Shown piece after piece: positions 35,334-45,487 of a stretch of DNA of 56,581 nucleotides. Below the pieces are notes generated by a model. The model saw nothing but the letters and a program-made list of their open reading frames with translations, ran no database searches and had not been told where the DNA came from. The position numbers and the translations under genes were made by a program. Each line of letters begins with the position of its first letter. The stretch's first letter is position 1. The stretch is taken from IMG/VR virus record IMGVR_UViG_3300031576_000050, positions 1 to 56,581 of that record, one strand, 5' to 3'. Origin of the DNA: a virus (lineage: Duplodnaviria; Caudoviricetes).

Positions 35334-36464
35334 TTACCAGACCAGTGATGCCGGAACAGCGTAGGCGCCAGCTGTGACCTGCATGATCGCTGCCCCACCA
35401 CGCCGTGCCACGCCACTGCCGGCGCCACGAATGAAGAAGCTGTCAATCAGCGGGTACGCCTGGTTGTTCCCAGGTCGCAGGACAACGCCACGCAGGGACT
35501 GCTCGACCATCTCACGGATGCCGATCACATTCAGGTTCGTAGTCCGCCCGGCAGAAGCAGCAGCGACCATGTACCCAGACGGGATCATATTGTTCTCCAC
35601 AATGAGGTATGGGCCATACGACCCAATCACATTCATAGCGGCGAACGTGTTGCCAGGCTGGCTGCCGCTGGCGATTTCCCAGCCAACAGGCAGCAGGAAA
35701 CCAGTGCCCTGAGCCGGGATGAAGTCATAGACAGCCGTCTGCGCGTTGTTGTTCACAACGCCACGACGGAACGTCTTGATGACGTCAGCCTCAGTCTTGT
35801 TGACGAGAAGAATGGATGTGTACCCATTCTGCCTGTCGTAACCGTGCTCAGTGATCAAAGCGACCAGCTGATCTAGGTCAGTCGAGTCCAGCGTGGCTGC
35901 ACCCGATGAGATGTAGTGCTGGTGCGAACCAGAGAAAGTCATCCCGTTGTAGGGCGAGATGTAGGCGCCATCCGCATTGTAGAGTGCCGTCACAGTGTAG
36001 GCCGTATTGAGGACGCTCGTTGTGCGGTTGACATTGTTGAAGAGTGCCTTCATGACCAGCTCATACATCAGCTGGTTGTCAGCCTCCATGACCTGGTTCA
36101 TCACAGCGTCAAGCTGTGCCTGCGAAGCGCCTTCAGTGTTCCCGTTCCCCACGAGGAACTGGAACGTGAAGCCATTCCGCATGTCGTACCAGTCGAACGG
36201 GAATGCCCGCTGGGTGACGATCGGCACTGGCCGGATGGACTTCGGGATGCCAAACTCAGAAGCCTTCTCGAAAGTCACTTGTCCTGGCTGAACGATATCC
36301 TCGATCACCTGATTCACGGTAAACGAGAGCAGCTCGATCAGTGGGGTCCGCTGTGCATTGAATGCAGCAAGACCTTCATTGTACTGCGTCCAGATGGCAT
36401 TGAGATCCTGCCCGTCCCGGGTACGGGTCAGGACATCACCACTGGCACTGTAACCCTTAGCCAT
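35334..36464 (-). CDS. major capsid protein
   Basis: 376 aa after scaffold and decoration genes; GGAGG SD; visibly more GC3-rich codons. Confidence 0.85.
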   Translation of the reverse strand: MAKGYSASGDVLTRTRDGQDLNAIWTQYNEGLAAFNAQRTPLIELLSFTVNQVIEDIVQPGQVTFEKASEFGIPKSIRPVPIVTQRAFPFDWYDMRNGFTFQFLVGNGNTEGASQAQLDAVMNQVMEADNQLMYELVMKALFNNVNRTTSVLNTAYTVTALYNADGAYISPYNGMTFSGSHQHYISSGAATLDSTDLDQLVALITEHGYDRQNGYTSILLVNKTEADVIKTFRRGVVNNNAQTAVYDFIPAQGTGFLLPVGWEIASGSQPGNTFAAMNVIGSYGPYLIVENNMIPSGYMVAAASAGRTTNLNVIGIREMVEQSLRGVVLRPGNNQAYPLIDSFFIRGAGSGVARRGGAAIMQVTAGAYAVPASLVW

Positions 36465-36478
36465 ATCTCAACCCTCCA

Positions 36479-36874
36479 TTACAGAATCGTCGCTGCGGGG
36501 ACACGGACAACCATTCGGTCCAGCTCAACGAGCCGACCGATCTTCTTGGTGCCTGCACCAGATGTGATGTTTACGACACCAGTCGTGCCAGTGACGAACG
36601 CTGCGGCGCCAGCTGTGAATGCGGTGCCAACAGTGTACGTCGCCTCAACGATCTCGCCTGATGTCATCACATCGATGATCTCGCCTGCTGCCATTGCACG
36701 AATGGGGCAGATGACCCCCTCGATAGCAGTCTCAGCCGAGCCACCAATCACCACCTTGCCGGAGGTGTTAACAGACACACCCTGGATCTTGCCGACATCA
36801 GCCGAAGCAATGGCAGCATTCAGTGGGGCACGGAACCCACCCGATACAGGATCATACTTATCAAACCTGGACAA
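36479..36874 (-). CDS. capsid decoration / cement protein
   Basis: 131 aa, Gly/Ala/Thr-rich, directly before the MCP; GAGGAGG SD. Confidence 0.7.
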   Translation of the reverse strand: MSRFDKYDPVSGGFRAPLNAAIASADVGKIQGVSVNTSGKVVIGGSAETAIEGVICPIRAMAAGEIIDVMTSGEIVEATYTVGTAFTAGAAAFVTGTTGVVNITSGAGTKKIGRLVELDRMVVRVPAATIL

Positions 36875-36895
36875 CTAACACCTCCTCAGGTGTCA

Positions 36896-37558
36896 TCAGG
36901 CCCCCAAGCGAGTCCTCATTGCCGGGAGGCGAGCGGCTAGAGCTCCAACGGGAGCTTTCCCTGGAGCATTCAGGCCGCTGTTTGCTGGCGGAGTCCCAAG
37001 CGGTGCGGCAGTCTTACCCGCATCGCCTTCTGCTGCCTCAGCTGGCTCCAACAGGTATGCGTCAGACTTGGCGAGAGCCTCAAGCGCTGCCTTCATGCCT
37101 GCCACGTTCCCATCGGAGTCAACTGTGATCTTTGACCGATCGAGCAGCCGCAGCGCAGACGCAGGATTCCGCCACTTCAGCGTGTTGTCTGTCAAGAAGG
37201 CATTCTCGATTCTCATGGCATCGAGTTGTGCCTTCGCAGCAGCCAACGCCTTGTCTGTGTCATCCTTATCGCGCCTTAGCTTGTCGATTTCCGGAAGATC
37301 CTTATCAACTAACTGCCGGAGCTTTGCCTCATTCTCCGTAGCCCGCCGATCGGACTGCGCCAGCATCGCCTTCAGCCTGTCATACTCGGCAAGGGCAACA
37401 GTAGCACTCTGTCCGCTGTTAGCCGTACCGTCGCCTGAACTTGTTACGGCGCCACTCTGTGCGCCGGCTGGTGCACCGGTTCCTGCCCCGCCTTCTCCAA
37501 GGCTGCCACTCTGTGCAGCTGGGTCGACGCCACTCTGTGCGCCAAGCGGTGTAGTCAT
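36896..37558 (-). CDS. scaffolding protein
   Basis: Low-complexity N-terminus (AQSG x3), coiled coil, AYLL; GGAGG SD. Confidence 0.75.
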   Translation of the reverse strand: MTTPLGAQSGVDPAAQSGSLGEGGAGTGAPAGAQSGAVTSSGDGTANSGQSATVALAEYDRLKAMLAQSDRRATENEAKLRQLVDKDLPEIDKLRRDKDDTDKALAAAKAQLDAMRIENAFLTDNTLKWRNPASALRLLDRSKITVDSDGNVAGMKAALEALAKSDAYLLEPAEAAEGDAGKTAAPLGTPPANSGLNAPGKAPVGALAARLPAMRTRLGA

Positions 37559-37615
37559 ATCGATCCTCCAAGAGTATACCCGACGTTGCCGGCAATAGTA
37601 CCCTGCTGCCGACAA

Positions 37616-38581
37616 TTACCTTGATGGCCTGTCCCCAGACCCTGATATTGCTTGCCTTGACTCTTCAGTTGCCCTAGAGCCTGGCCTCGCATGGTCTATA
37701 TACCTATCATAGCTTCCGCCCGTTAGAGCATCCAGGAACTCATCCTCACCCACCAGAGCAGGCGTCACAAAACAGAAACAATGTGGATGTGGCTTGCGAG
37801 GTACATCTGCCTTTGGGAAGACCCCAGCGCCCCGGCCAAACTTGTCTTCATTGGCGTACTCATCGCATTGGTCAGCCTTAGGATGTGACCTAGACAGATG
37901 CCACTTCATTGCCTCAACCCAAGGCTTCTCCTGTGCCTGATGCATCGACATCGCATGAAACGCATTGTTTATCTCACTACGGGCAAGTCGCATCGCAGCG
38001 TAACGTACACCACCTGGGGTGTTGGGATTAATCCAGTCGCGTGCCTCCGCAGCAAACTCAGCAGCCGTCAGGCCACGAGCTAAGGCCGAGTTGATGCCGG
38101 CCTGTAGCCTTCCATCCATCCACACCCTGGCTCGGTACACATGCTCAGCTAACGGGATACGGCTTAGCTCCATCCTGGACAGTGCCACCTGAAGTGTCCG
38201 CTCTAAGCCCATGGTCAGGCCTCTTGCCAAGTCCCTAGCTAGGTCGAGGCGACCCGCGCGCTCAAAGGCGAGCGCATCTATCGTATTGCCCAGGCTCAAG
38301 GCTCTAGCAGCTGCCTCAAGGCGGGCAGCCCGGATGACATTCCCCAGGCGCCTGAAGACCAGAGCCTGCTCGCGCATCAACGCGGCTTGAATACGTCGCA
38401 TCTGCTCGATTCTGATGCGATCTGATATAGTGCCGCGAGCGGCAGTCTCTATGATGGCTATCTGACGCCTGACTTCATTATATGAGTCCTGAATGATCCG
38501 TAGCACCTCAGCGTCAGAGATCGTCTGGACTCCGGCATATGCACGGAGCCACTCCCTGTCATCACGCAGTGGAGAAGTCAC
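37616..38581 (-). CDS. MuF/gp7-like minor capsid (head morphogenesis) protein
   Basis: RLARSEINNA, W.LSRSH...DQCD, KPHPHCFC. Confidence 0.8.
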   Translation of the reverse strand: MTSPLRDDREWLRAYAGVQTISDAEVLRIIQDSYNEVRRQIAIIETAARGTISDRIRIEQMRRIQAALMREQALVFRRLGNVIRAARLEAAARALSLGNTIDALAFERAGRLDLARDLARGLTMGLERTLQVALSRMELSRIPLAEHVYRARVWMDGRLQAGINSALARGLTAAEFAAEARDWINPNTPGGVRYAAMRLARSEINNAFHAMSMHQAQEKPWVEAMKWHLSRSHPKADQCDEYANEDKFGRGAGVFPKADVPRKPHPHCFCFVTPALVGEDEFLDALTGGSYDRYIDHARPGSRATEESRQAISGSGDRPSR

Positions 38582-39537
38582 GCCTGACCTCTCCTGACAT
38601 CAACTAGGACTCTCGCCCGCCGTACATCGCTCGATGCCATTGAATCGACAACATTCACGATGATGTTTGGAGGCCTGGGCTTGACCAGGTTGAGTGCCGG
38701 CAGATAGATGAATGTGGCACCATGGACTGTCACGGGGAAGACTGTGGAGCCAACATTCACCACAGGTGCTGGGATTGATGCCAATGCTGACAGGGTAGCA
38801 GCTGAAACAATTGATCCAGTGTTGATGCTAGTTGCTGGGATTGATGTAGCCAAAGAGACAGTAGCTGCAGGGATGTTGACATCGCCACCACCACCGCCAG
38901 TTGTGATCGTTGGCAATGGGATCGTAGCGACCCCATTGACTGTTATGCTAGAGATTGTGGACCCAGTGCTGGCGCTAGGTGCTGGTATGCTAGCTGATGC
39001 AGCAACTGTAGCGGCACTTATTGTAGACCCAGTGCTGATAGCTGGCGCTGGGATGCTAGCCACTGTACTGATGGTTACAGCACTAATCGTCGAACCAGTA
39101 TTGATGAATGGTGTTGCGAGTGTGCCAACACCATTCACAGTTGGTGGTGATGCCTCCGCACCACCTTGAGCCTGTGGCGTTGGTATCGAAGCCAGGCAAG
39201 CTACACCAGTAGCACTTATTGTAGATCCAGTGTTCACCGCCGGCGCAGGGATGGAGGTGACAGCCGATACAGCAGTTGCACTTACCGTTGATCCGGTATT
39301 GACAGAAGGTACTGGTATGGTTGCAACAGCATCTACAGTTGCAGGCGAGATCCCTACGCCAGCTTGTGCTTGGGGGGCTGGGATTGAAGTCGTGCAGGCA
39401 ATATTTGTCGCAGATATGGTCGAGCCAACGTTTACTACAGGCGCTGGTATTGATGCGGTAGCAGCAACTGTGGGTGGGGTAGCTGTAGCATTCCCACCCT
39501 TTAAGTATTCGGCAAGGTAGCGTGTGTTAGTTGACAT
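38578..39537 (-). CDS. Ala/Thr/Ser-rich protein with about 12 ~22-aa repeats (putative fibre)
   Basis: Repeated ASIPAPxxNTGSTISA units. Confidence 0.7.
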   Translation of the reverse strand: MSTNTRYLAEYLKGGNATATPPTVAATASIPAPVVNVGSTISATNIACTTSIPAPQAQAGVGISPATVDAVATIPVPSVNTGSTVSATAVSAVTSIPAPAVNTGSTISATGVACLASIPTPQAQGGAEASPPTVNGVGTLATPFINTGSTISAVTISTVASIPAPAISTGSTISAATVAASASIPAPSASTGSTISSITVNGVATIPLPTITTGGGGGDVNIPAATVSLATSIPATSINTGSIVSAATLSALASIPAPVVNVGSTVFPVTVHGATFIYLPALNLVKPRPPNIIVNVVDSMASSDVRRARVLVDVRRGQA

Positions 39538-39561
39538 ACGCTACCTCACCTCTTCTGTCAG

Positions 39562-39894
39562 CTAGATGGCCAGCAGGGACCAGGGGAATGACCTACCTGT
39601 GCCTTGTGTCTGTAGTAGGGTCGCCTTGCATGATATGTCCTCAGGAAGCGGTGGCGAGTACACATTGTCTGCAGTCTGTGCACCAATGTATACAGCCTCA
39701 TAGACTAACCGCTCCGTGCCCCCTGAGAGGATCTTTGAGTACAGCCGCAGGATGACTATGTCAGGCGTGGTCCCATCAGCCAAGTTGGACAAGTCAGCCT
39801 TAAGAACATACACCTTGTTTGTGGTATCAGTCGCCAGGGTATGCTCAGTTGCAACTGTCGCTGCCTGAGTCCCTGACGCGATCACAGTAGGCAC
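39562..39894 (-). CDS. putative structural protein
   Basis: Beta-rich; in accessory structural block. Confidence 0.6.
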   Translation of the reverse strand: MPTVIASGTQAATVATEHTLATDTTNKVYVLKADLSNLADGTTPDIVILRLYSKILSGGTERLVYEAVYIGAQTADNVYSPPLPEDISCKATLLQTQGTGRSFPWSLLAI

Positions 39895-39897
39895 TAG

Positions 39898-40185
39898 CTA
39901 CCCCACAGTCGAGAAGATCCTGCAGTTTGACGTCCCATTCTCTGCAATCGCATAAAGGTGCTCAGCATTCATCACGAATATCATTGTGTCACCAGAGGCT
40001 ACCTGAAAGCCTTCATTGACATTCGCTTGAACAGAGGATTGGCCAACCCAGACGCTGGGCTCATTCCCAGGAACTTGAATCATGATCGAGTGTCGGGGGG
40101 TGAGGGCAGCAATGGGCATCCCAGTAAGGCTGGACAAGTCCGTTGCAGTCTGGTGTGACAATGCTGCATCAGAGTTAAAGTACAT
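39898..40185 (-). CDS. putative structural protein
   Basis: VWVG..GFQVASG..LYAI small beta-sandwich-like pattern. Confidence 0.55.
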   Translation of the reverse strand: MYFNSDAALSHQTATDLSSLTGMPIAALTPRHSIMIQVPGNEPSVWVGQSSVQANVNEGFQVASGDTMIFVMNAEHLYAIAENGTSNCRIFSTVG

Positions 40186-40205
40186 AGTACTACCCTTCTG
40201 TTACG

Positions 40206-41036
40206 TTATCCGATTCCATAAACCATTGCACCAAACAGCCTGTCAGTTACGTCAGCCCCACTAGATTGGGCACGCACAGCTAGCCTGACGCCAGCAGCAA
40301 TCTCTGCAAAGAACGGGCCCATCAGCGAGGGGGTAACAGTGTCATCAGTAGATGACACCTCAAAGTGCAGGTTTGACAGTACAGTGCGCTCACTCGCAGC
40401 AGCACCAACACCAACATCAAGTAAGAAGTTGGCTGACGTACTTGCCCCATTCTTGAGGGAAGAGAACCCAAGAAAAAATGCCCTCATTGGGTTAGTTATC
40501 GATGCAGACAGCTGGACCCAAGAGCCCTTTGTGTTGATAGTTGCTCCAGGGTCAACGGTTGTGCCCTCTGATGTGGATAGCACTGTACCATAATCTATCA
40601 CCCTAGACAGGCCGACACCATTAATGAAACCAGCTGCCATAGTGTGAACCATGACCCTAACAATACCAGATGCAACTGAAGACTGGCATCTTGCTGATAT
40701 GCGCGTACCTCTAGGAACATGTATCGGTAGCCATATACCTCCATGTTTGGCGACTGTCCCTGTCATTGACCCGATCACCAGATTTGGGATAACTACAAAC
40801 TCTGACCCTGCCCCTCCAAACCCGATATCAACCAGGTAACTTTGTGTCGCAGCACTGGGCGCTCGTACATTGACAAAAACACAGTTTGACTCATATGCAG
40901 TCGCTGCAATGATCTGAGTCCAGCTGCCCTTGGTGTTTACTGACGCGGATGCAGTCACGCCAGTCCCTCTAGAGTTCGCTGTGTCTACGCCAGCTGACTC
41001 TATAACCTGCCCAGCGGGGAACGGCCAGTCTGGCAT
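40206..41036 (-). CDS. putative structural protein with duplicated ~140-aa domain
   Basis: NTKGSWxQ and D(I/V)GxGxAxSE..NL each occur twice. Confidence 0.7.
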   Translation of the reverse strand: MPDWPFPAGQVIESAGVDTANSRGTGVTASASVNTKGSWTQIIAATAYESNCVFVNVRAPSAATQSYLVDIGFGGAGSEFVVIPNLVIGSMTGTVAKHGGIWLPIHVPRGTRISARCQSSVASGIVRVMVHTMAAGFINGVGLSRVIDYGTVLSTSEGTTVDPGATINTKGSWVQLSASITNPMRAFFLGFSSLKNGASTSANFLLDVGVGAAASERTVLSNLHFEVSSTDDTVTPSLMGPFFAEIAAGVRLAVRAQSSGADVTDRLFGAMVYGIG

Positions 41037-41057
41037 AGCATCCTCCCTCCTATAGGG

Positions 41058-41525
41058 CTACGGTGTAATGTCGACTGCAAAGACGCCAGTGGCAGCCCAA
41101 GCAATACCAAATATGCCAGCGACAGTTGAATAATCAGCATCAAAGTCAATACCAATTATCAGGTTGTTCCCAGCGAGGGCATCAGCATAGAGCTTCATGC
41201 CCCTGACCAATGTCAGGGTCGTGCCTGACACAGCAACATCAGCCATGTCGTACATGAGAGAGCCAGTTGGCGATTCAGTGAATGTTGGCGCAGTCGATCC
41301 GCCACCAGAGGCAGCAGCCGAAAGCGCAACCCCGCCAGCCGCCCAGCCAGTGCCGGAAACCTCGTTGGTGGTGGCATAGGCAGACTCAGTGCTGTAGTTG
41401 GGGGTCTCAGTATTATTGTACAGAGCTATCTTGTGTGAAGTCAGAGACAGGTCGATTGCAAGCTGGGTCGCGTCAAAGATATCGAGGAAGCTCACAACGT
41501 AGAGACCAGATACAGTCCAGGCCAT
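41058..41525 (-). CDS. putative structural (fibre-associated) protein
   Basis: KIALY..TNEVSGTGWAAGG pattern. Confidence 0.65.
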   Translation of the reverse strand: MAWTVSGLYVVSFLDIFDATQLAIDLSLTSHKIALYNNTETPNYSTESAYATTNEVSGTGWAAGGVALSAAASGGGSTAPTFTESPTGSLMYDMADVAVSGTTLTLVRGMKLYADALAGNNLIIGIDFDADYSTVAGIFGIAWAATGVFAVDITP

Positions 41526-41527
41526 GA

Positions 41528-41752
41528 CTACACCTCATTCTTCTCGGCAGTGACGACAAGGGCAACCCTACCGGCGCGAGCTGTTGCCCTAGACGCTGCT
41601 AGAGCCTCGACAGCCTCGCGGTAGGCCAGCCTATTAGCCTCACTCATATCCGCGCGATAGGATACCAGCGCCGCATCCATCCGGTCGGCTAGCTCGCCTT
41701 CCGCATCAGCAGCCTCGGCCTGCCTTCTGAGCTGATCGCCCAGTTCACTCAT
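41528..41752 (-). CDS. hypothetical protein
   Basis: AAAGGAG SD; helical. Confidence 0.6.
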   Translation of the reverse strand: MSELGDQLRRQAEAADAEGELADRMDAALVSYRADMSEANRLAYREAVEALAASRATARAGRVALVVTAEKNEV

Positions 41753-41764
41753 CCCATATCTCCT

Positions 41765-42010
41765 TTACCGGACAGGCCCGACTTTGTACTTGACTGGCTT
41801 TGGCCTTAGAAGAACATCCTGGCGATGTGACACGCCCGGTGCCCCAGGTGCTGAATGCTCAGTGACAGTGTTGCCTAGCTCATCGGTAGTCGCCTTAGTC
41901 CACCCACCAGCCGGCAGGCGTGCCTCAACAACGTTATCTCTAGTACGTCGGCTAATCACCCCAATCGAGAGCATACGCGCCCTGAACTCCTCAGGTGTCT
42001 CCCCATCCAT
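41765..42010 (-). CDS. hypothetical protein
   Basis: GGAGG SD. Confidence 0.6.
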   Translation of the reverse strand: MDGETPEEFRARMLSIGVISRRTRDNVVEARLPAGGWTKATTDELGNTVTEHSAPGAPGVSHRQDVLLRPKPVKYKVGPVR

Positions 42011-42021
42011 GACCCCTCCCC

Positions 42022-42381
42022 CTATGCCGACGCTGTAACTATATGACTCACATGAATCTCCCCCTGAAGGATACGATGTGGCTCGCCGCTGGGCTCATAT
42101 ATAGTCAGGTCATACTGCCCCTGATCCCAACCCCATCCCAATGTATCAGCCCCAAGGATGTCAATCAGGACTAGAGCCTCTGGGCCAAGCACTACCAGCC
42201 TTGGGCTGCCTCCAGAGGATGAAAAGGTTGCCAAGACTGGGGATGTCAGTCGCCGGTCGCCACGCACCTGCATTCTAGCGGTCCAGTTAGTGATGTTGAC
42301 TACAGCGCCATCAAACAGCACCTTCACTGTGTAGGTGAACTTGCTGCCCTGATCGAATCTGAGCAGTCTTTCATCCGCCAT
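42022..42381 (-). CDS. Ig-like structural protein (BppU N-terminal-like)
   Basis: QGS.F, TARMQVR, YDL..RILQG. Confidence 0.6.
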   Translation of the reverse strand: MADERLLRFDQGSKFTYTVKVLFDGAVVNITNWTARMQVRGDRRLTSPVLATFSSSGGSPRLVVLGPEALVLIDILGADTLGWGWDQGQYDLTIYEPSGEPHRILQGEIHVSHIVTASA

Positions 42382-43954
42382 CGGTGGGCGCTCCTGTCCC
42401 TGTAGCTGCTACCTCAGCATCCATCCTGGCCCCAACAGCATCCAACTCTACCTGTGCTGCGGCTGCCATCCTCTTTGCCATGTCAACTGGGAACTGAATA
42501 CCCAAACGGTCTTGCAGGTACTGCCTAGCGAACTCAGCGTCAATAATCTTGGCAGTGACCATCTCAGTGGCCTCTTTGATCACTGCCTCACGGTCAACAG
42601 GCAGTGCGTCGCCAAAAGATGATGTCACTACAAGGCCAACAGGCTGCCGCTGTTCATAGGCAGGTGTCCAGCCATTAAGCAGATCGAACATAAACTGATC
42701 TAGCTTTGGCTTAAGCTGGCTGTCCTCGCGCTCCCGATTCTTAGCAAGTACTGGGGCCATCTCAATCATGAGTGCTATCCCAGACTTGGCGGTGACCACA
42801 TCAACCCTGCCCATTGCTGCCTCTGGGGTCGCCGTAGACTCCTGGGCCTGCCCACGTAGATAACCAAGGTGGTCCTGCATCGGGGAGACTGATGTGACGC
42901 CATCGACGCGCCAGAACTTCTTGTCAGGGTCCAGCTCCATGACTGCAGCCGGGCCAATTACCCAATCATCATCAGAGCCATCATCCTTCTTTGGCCCGCC
43001 CGAGTCTGTGGCGTATACACCCAGTCCAGCCAAGGCAACAGCCATGTCCTCATCTGTCGCTCCCTGTATCACACCAGCCAGCAGCGTCTCAATCCCCTGT
43101 AGCTCAGAGAGTCCAAATGGCCCCATCCTCGTGTTCCGGAAGTGGTAAAGCGGGATGGCCGTTATCTGTGCAGGCAGCGCATATCCTTGTAGCTGCAGCA
43201 CCAATGCATCAGTCTGTGTGTACCATGGGGGCACTGGAACTGGAGAAAGATCTGCTTCCGACAGTGGGAACCTGTCATCCCACTTGTCCTGCTCAAAGAA
43301 GCCAAGCTTGTAGTAGATCCCACCCATGGGCGTGCTGTACTGCGTCGCCATGCCCTGTGTCAGGATGCGGCGGTACTCCTCACGCTGTGCAACCGTAGTC
43401 TGTCCATCTGCTGAGGTAGTCAGGGTGACGATATAGACGGCAATCACACGCTCAGCATCAACAGCATCCTCTATCGTGAAGTACTGCTCAGGCTCTAGCT
43501 CGGTGATACGTAGGCGAGTACCGGGCGCCTTGTTAGGGTCAGCTGATACCTGCAGTATTGCATCACCACTAATGAGCATAGTTCGCTTTGCAGACCCAAA
43601 CTTGGCATTGAACTCCTCACGCTTGAATAGCGCGGCCAGCCAGGCCTCAATCTCCGCAATGACCTCATCAGATGCTGTTGGCTGCCCAGCCGGCATCTCC
43701 ATAGTCCAGGTAAGATCCTGCCCGAGGTAGCGATTTGTCGCCTCGATGAGTGCGCGCCCAAGAGGGATATACCGAATGCTCTTGAGATCATTGCCCGCCC
43801 GCAGGAGTGCAGCGAATGCCTCAGCCACATTGTTATATATGTCACGATAGGTCCAGTACGCCTGCACCCTATCCTTGTCAGCAACATTAGTCACATATGT
43901 GGGGGCTGGACGGCCGAGTGCCAGCGCTGTTGAGTATGGGTTAAGTGCTACCAC
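42371..43954 (-). CDS. portal protein
   Basis: 527 aa directly after TerL; FGLSELQG, SGIAL. Confidence 0.85.
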   Translation of the reverse strand: MVALNPYSTALALGRPAPTYVTNVADKDRVQAYWTYRDIYNNVAEAFAALLRAGNDLKSIRYIPLGRALIEATNRYLGQDLTWTMEMPAGQPTASDEVIAEIEAWLAALFKREEFNAKFGSAKRTMLISGDAILQVSADPNKAPGTRLRITELEPEQYFTIEDAVDAERVIAVYIVTLTTSADGQTTVAQREEYRRILTQGMATQYSTPMGGIYYKLGFFEQDKWDDRFPLSEADLSPVPVPPWYTQTDALVLQLQGYALPAQITAIPLYHFRNTRMGPFGLSELQGIETLLAGVIQGATDEDMAVALAGLGVYATDSGGPKKDDGSDDDWVIGPAAVMELDPDKKFWRVDGVTSVSPMQDHLGYLRGQAQESTATPEAAMGRVDVVTAKSGIALMIEMAPVLAKNREREDSQLKPKLDQFMFDLLNGWTPAYEQRQPVGLVVTSSFGDALPVDREAVIKEATEMVTAKIIDAEFARQYLQDRLGIQFPVDMAKRMAAAAQVELDAVGARMDAEVAATGTGAPTDGG

Positions 43955-43966
43955 TCTATACCTTCC

Positions 43967-45487
43967 TCATCTCGACCTAACAGCTGTTCGCTGCCTAGTT
44001 TGCTTGTATGGGTTCCCGAGCATCCCAGAGAACAACCGTCCCAGTGCCTCTGCTGTGTGGTCATCCTTCTTCTGTGGGTTCTCAGGTGCGTTGCGGCCTT
44101 TCTCGCTGGCCTTTTCGGCAGTCTCCGGGTAACGATAGTCGTTCCATTCACGAATTGTCTGCACGCACTTCCTGTTTACAGTCAAAGCTGGCCCATGTGG
44201 TGTAGCTGCAACCTTCATCTTCCTGCGGAACCACTCAAGCCTCTGCTGTATCATTAGACTACCAGGGCTATGTGACGGCACCTTGAGCAGCTGTTCTAAC
44301 CTACGAGTCCTATCCGGCTCAGAGGGGTCAGGGAAGAATCCCCTAATGGTAACAGGCACAAGTTGCCTTGACATGATCTCAACAGCAGCTTCCTCAGTTG
44401 TCTTTCCGGTCTCAAAGTACTCATCTAGTACATGGAACCTGGTGTGAGTCGGGTCAACCTGGACCAGTAGCCACACAAACGGGTTGGTGAAACCATAGTC
44501 AGCGCAGGCCCAAGTCTCCCAACCCATTCTGAAGCCAGCATCATTGACATGTATCTCGTCATCAAAGTCCTTGAACACGCGCCCGACAAACTCAGTGAAC
44601 ATGGCCGCAATCTCCTGGTTAAAGAGCTCAGCGGACATGTCGAGCCACATTGACCAGATCTCTTTATTGATGCCTTCTGGGTACATCACCCCATCAGTTG
44701 CATCACGCATCCATCGCAGAACTTTCTTTGCCTCATCCAGCCGGCCATGCCGCTGGGCCTCTGCAAGTCCTTTGAGCAGCTCCAGGTTCGCGCCACCAGG
44801 ATACACATATGGGTTAGCCCAGGCGGGAGAGCGCCAGGACTTCCAGTCTATACGCTCTGGGTCCTGACCTATCATGTACAAGTCATAGTACCAGTTCTTG
44901 CCCTCTGGTGTGCTGCCAAAGTGAGCCCAACCGCCAAAGTCCGCCAGTGTTGGGCGGATGAACTTCTCCCACACACTGGGCTTTAGCTTAGCAGCCTCTG
45001 AGAACACAACACCAGACAATCCCTCGCCAACGAGGGTGCCTGGGTACTTAGCCGACATCGCATGCACAACGAACAACCGGTCAAACAATGATATGTGCAT
45101 ATCACCAGACTCAGGGTTGTTGTATGAACCAGGGTGGTCAAATGTAAAACCAAGACGCTTAAGAGAGCTCCAGAGTATCCTGAACTCCTTCTCAGAGTCG
45201 CTGTACTCAGGGCCAACGATCCAGTACTCCCGCCGCAGGCCACGTACCTTGAGCATGTCCATCTCATACCAGGTTCGGAAAGCCTCAGGGATTAACCTCT
45301 GTGCGCCTGTCTGGCTCTTGCCCGCCCGGCGGCCGGCAGCGAGCACCTTGTTCCTGGTGCGGTCTAGCAGAATCTCTCTCTGGAGATTGTATGGGCGCCA
45401 TTGCAGCTGCTCCCATATCCGCCTGACTAGCCGCTCAGGCGGGACAGGAGTCGCCAGAAGCTGCTCAGCTATGGCGCTCGTGCTCAC
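43967..45487 (-). CDS. terL: terminase large subunit
   Basis: AAGRRAGKS Walker A, STPEGKNW, ADYGFTNP, KKDDH nuclease motifs. Confidence 0.95.
   Translation of the reverse strand: MSTSAIAEQLLATPVPPERLVRRIWEQLQWRPYNLQREILLDRTRNKVLAAGRRAGKSQTGAQRLIPEAFRTWYEMDMLKVRGLRREYWIVGPEYSDSEKEFRILWSSLKRLGFTFDHPGSYNNPESGDMHISLFDRLFVVHAMSAKYPGTLVGEGLSGVVFSEAAKLKPSVWEKFIRPTLADFGGWAHFGSTPEGKNWYYDLYMIGQDPERIDWKSWRSPAWANPYVYPGGANLELLKGLAEAQRHGRLDEAKKVLRWMRDATDGVMYPEGINKEIWSMWLDMSAELFNQEIAAMFTEFVGRVFKDFDDEIHVNDAGFRMGWETWACADYGFTNPFVWLLVQVDPTHTRFHVLDEYFETGKTTEEAAVEIMSRQLVPVTIRGFFPDPSEPDRTRRLEQLLKVPSHSPGSLMIQQRLEWFRRKMKVAATPHGPALTVNRKCVQTIREWNDYRYPETAEKASEKGRNAPENPQKKDDHTAEALGRLFSGMLGNPYKQTRQRTAVRSR

Noticed and set aside
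37451-37540. GCCACTCTGTGC repeated three times
   Set aside because: It encodes AQSG repeats in the scaffold N-terminus; not an array.
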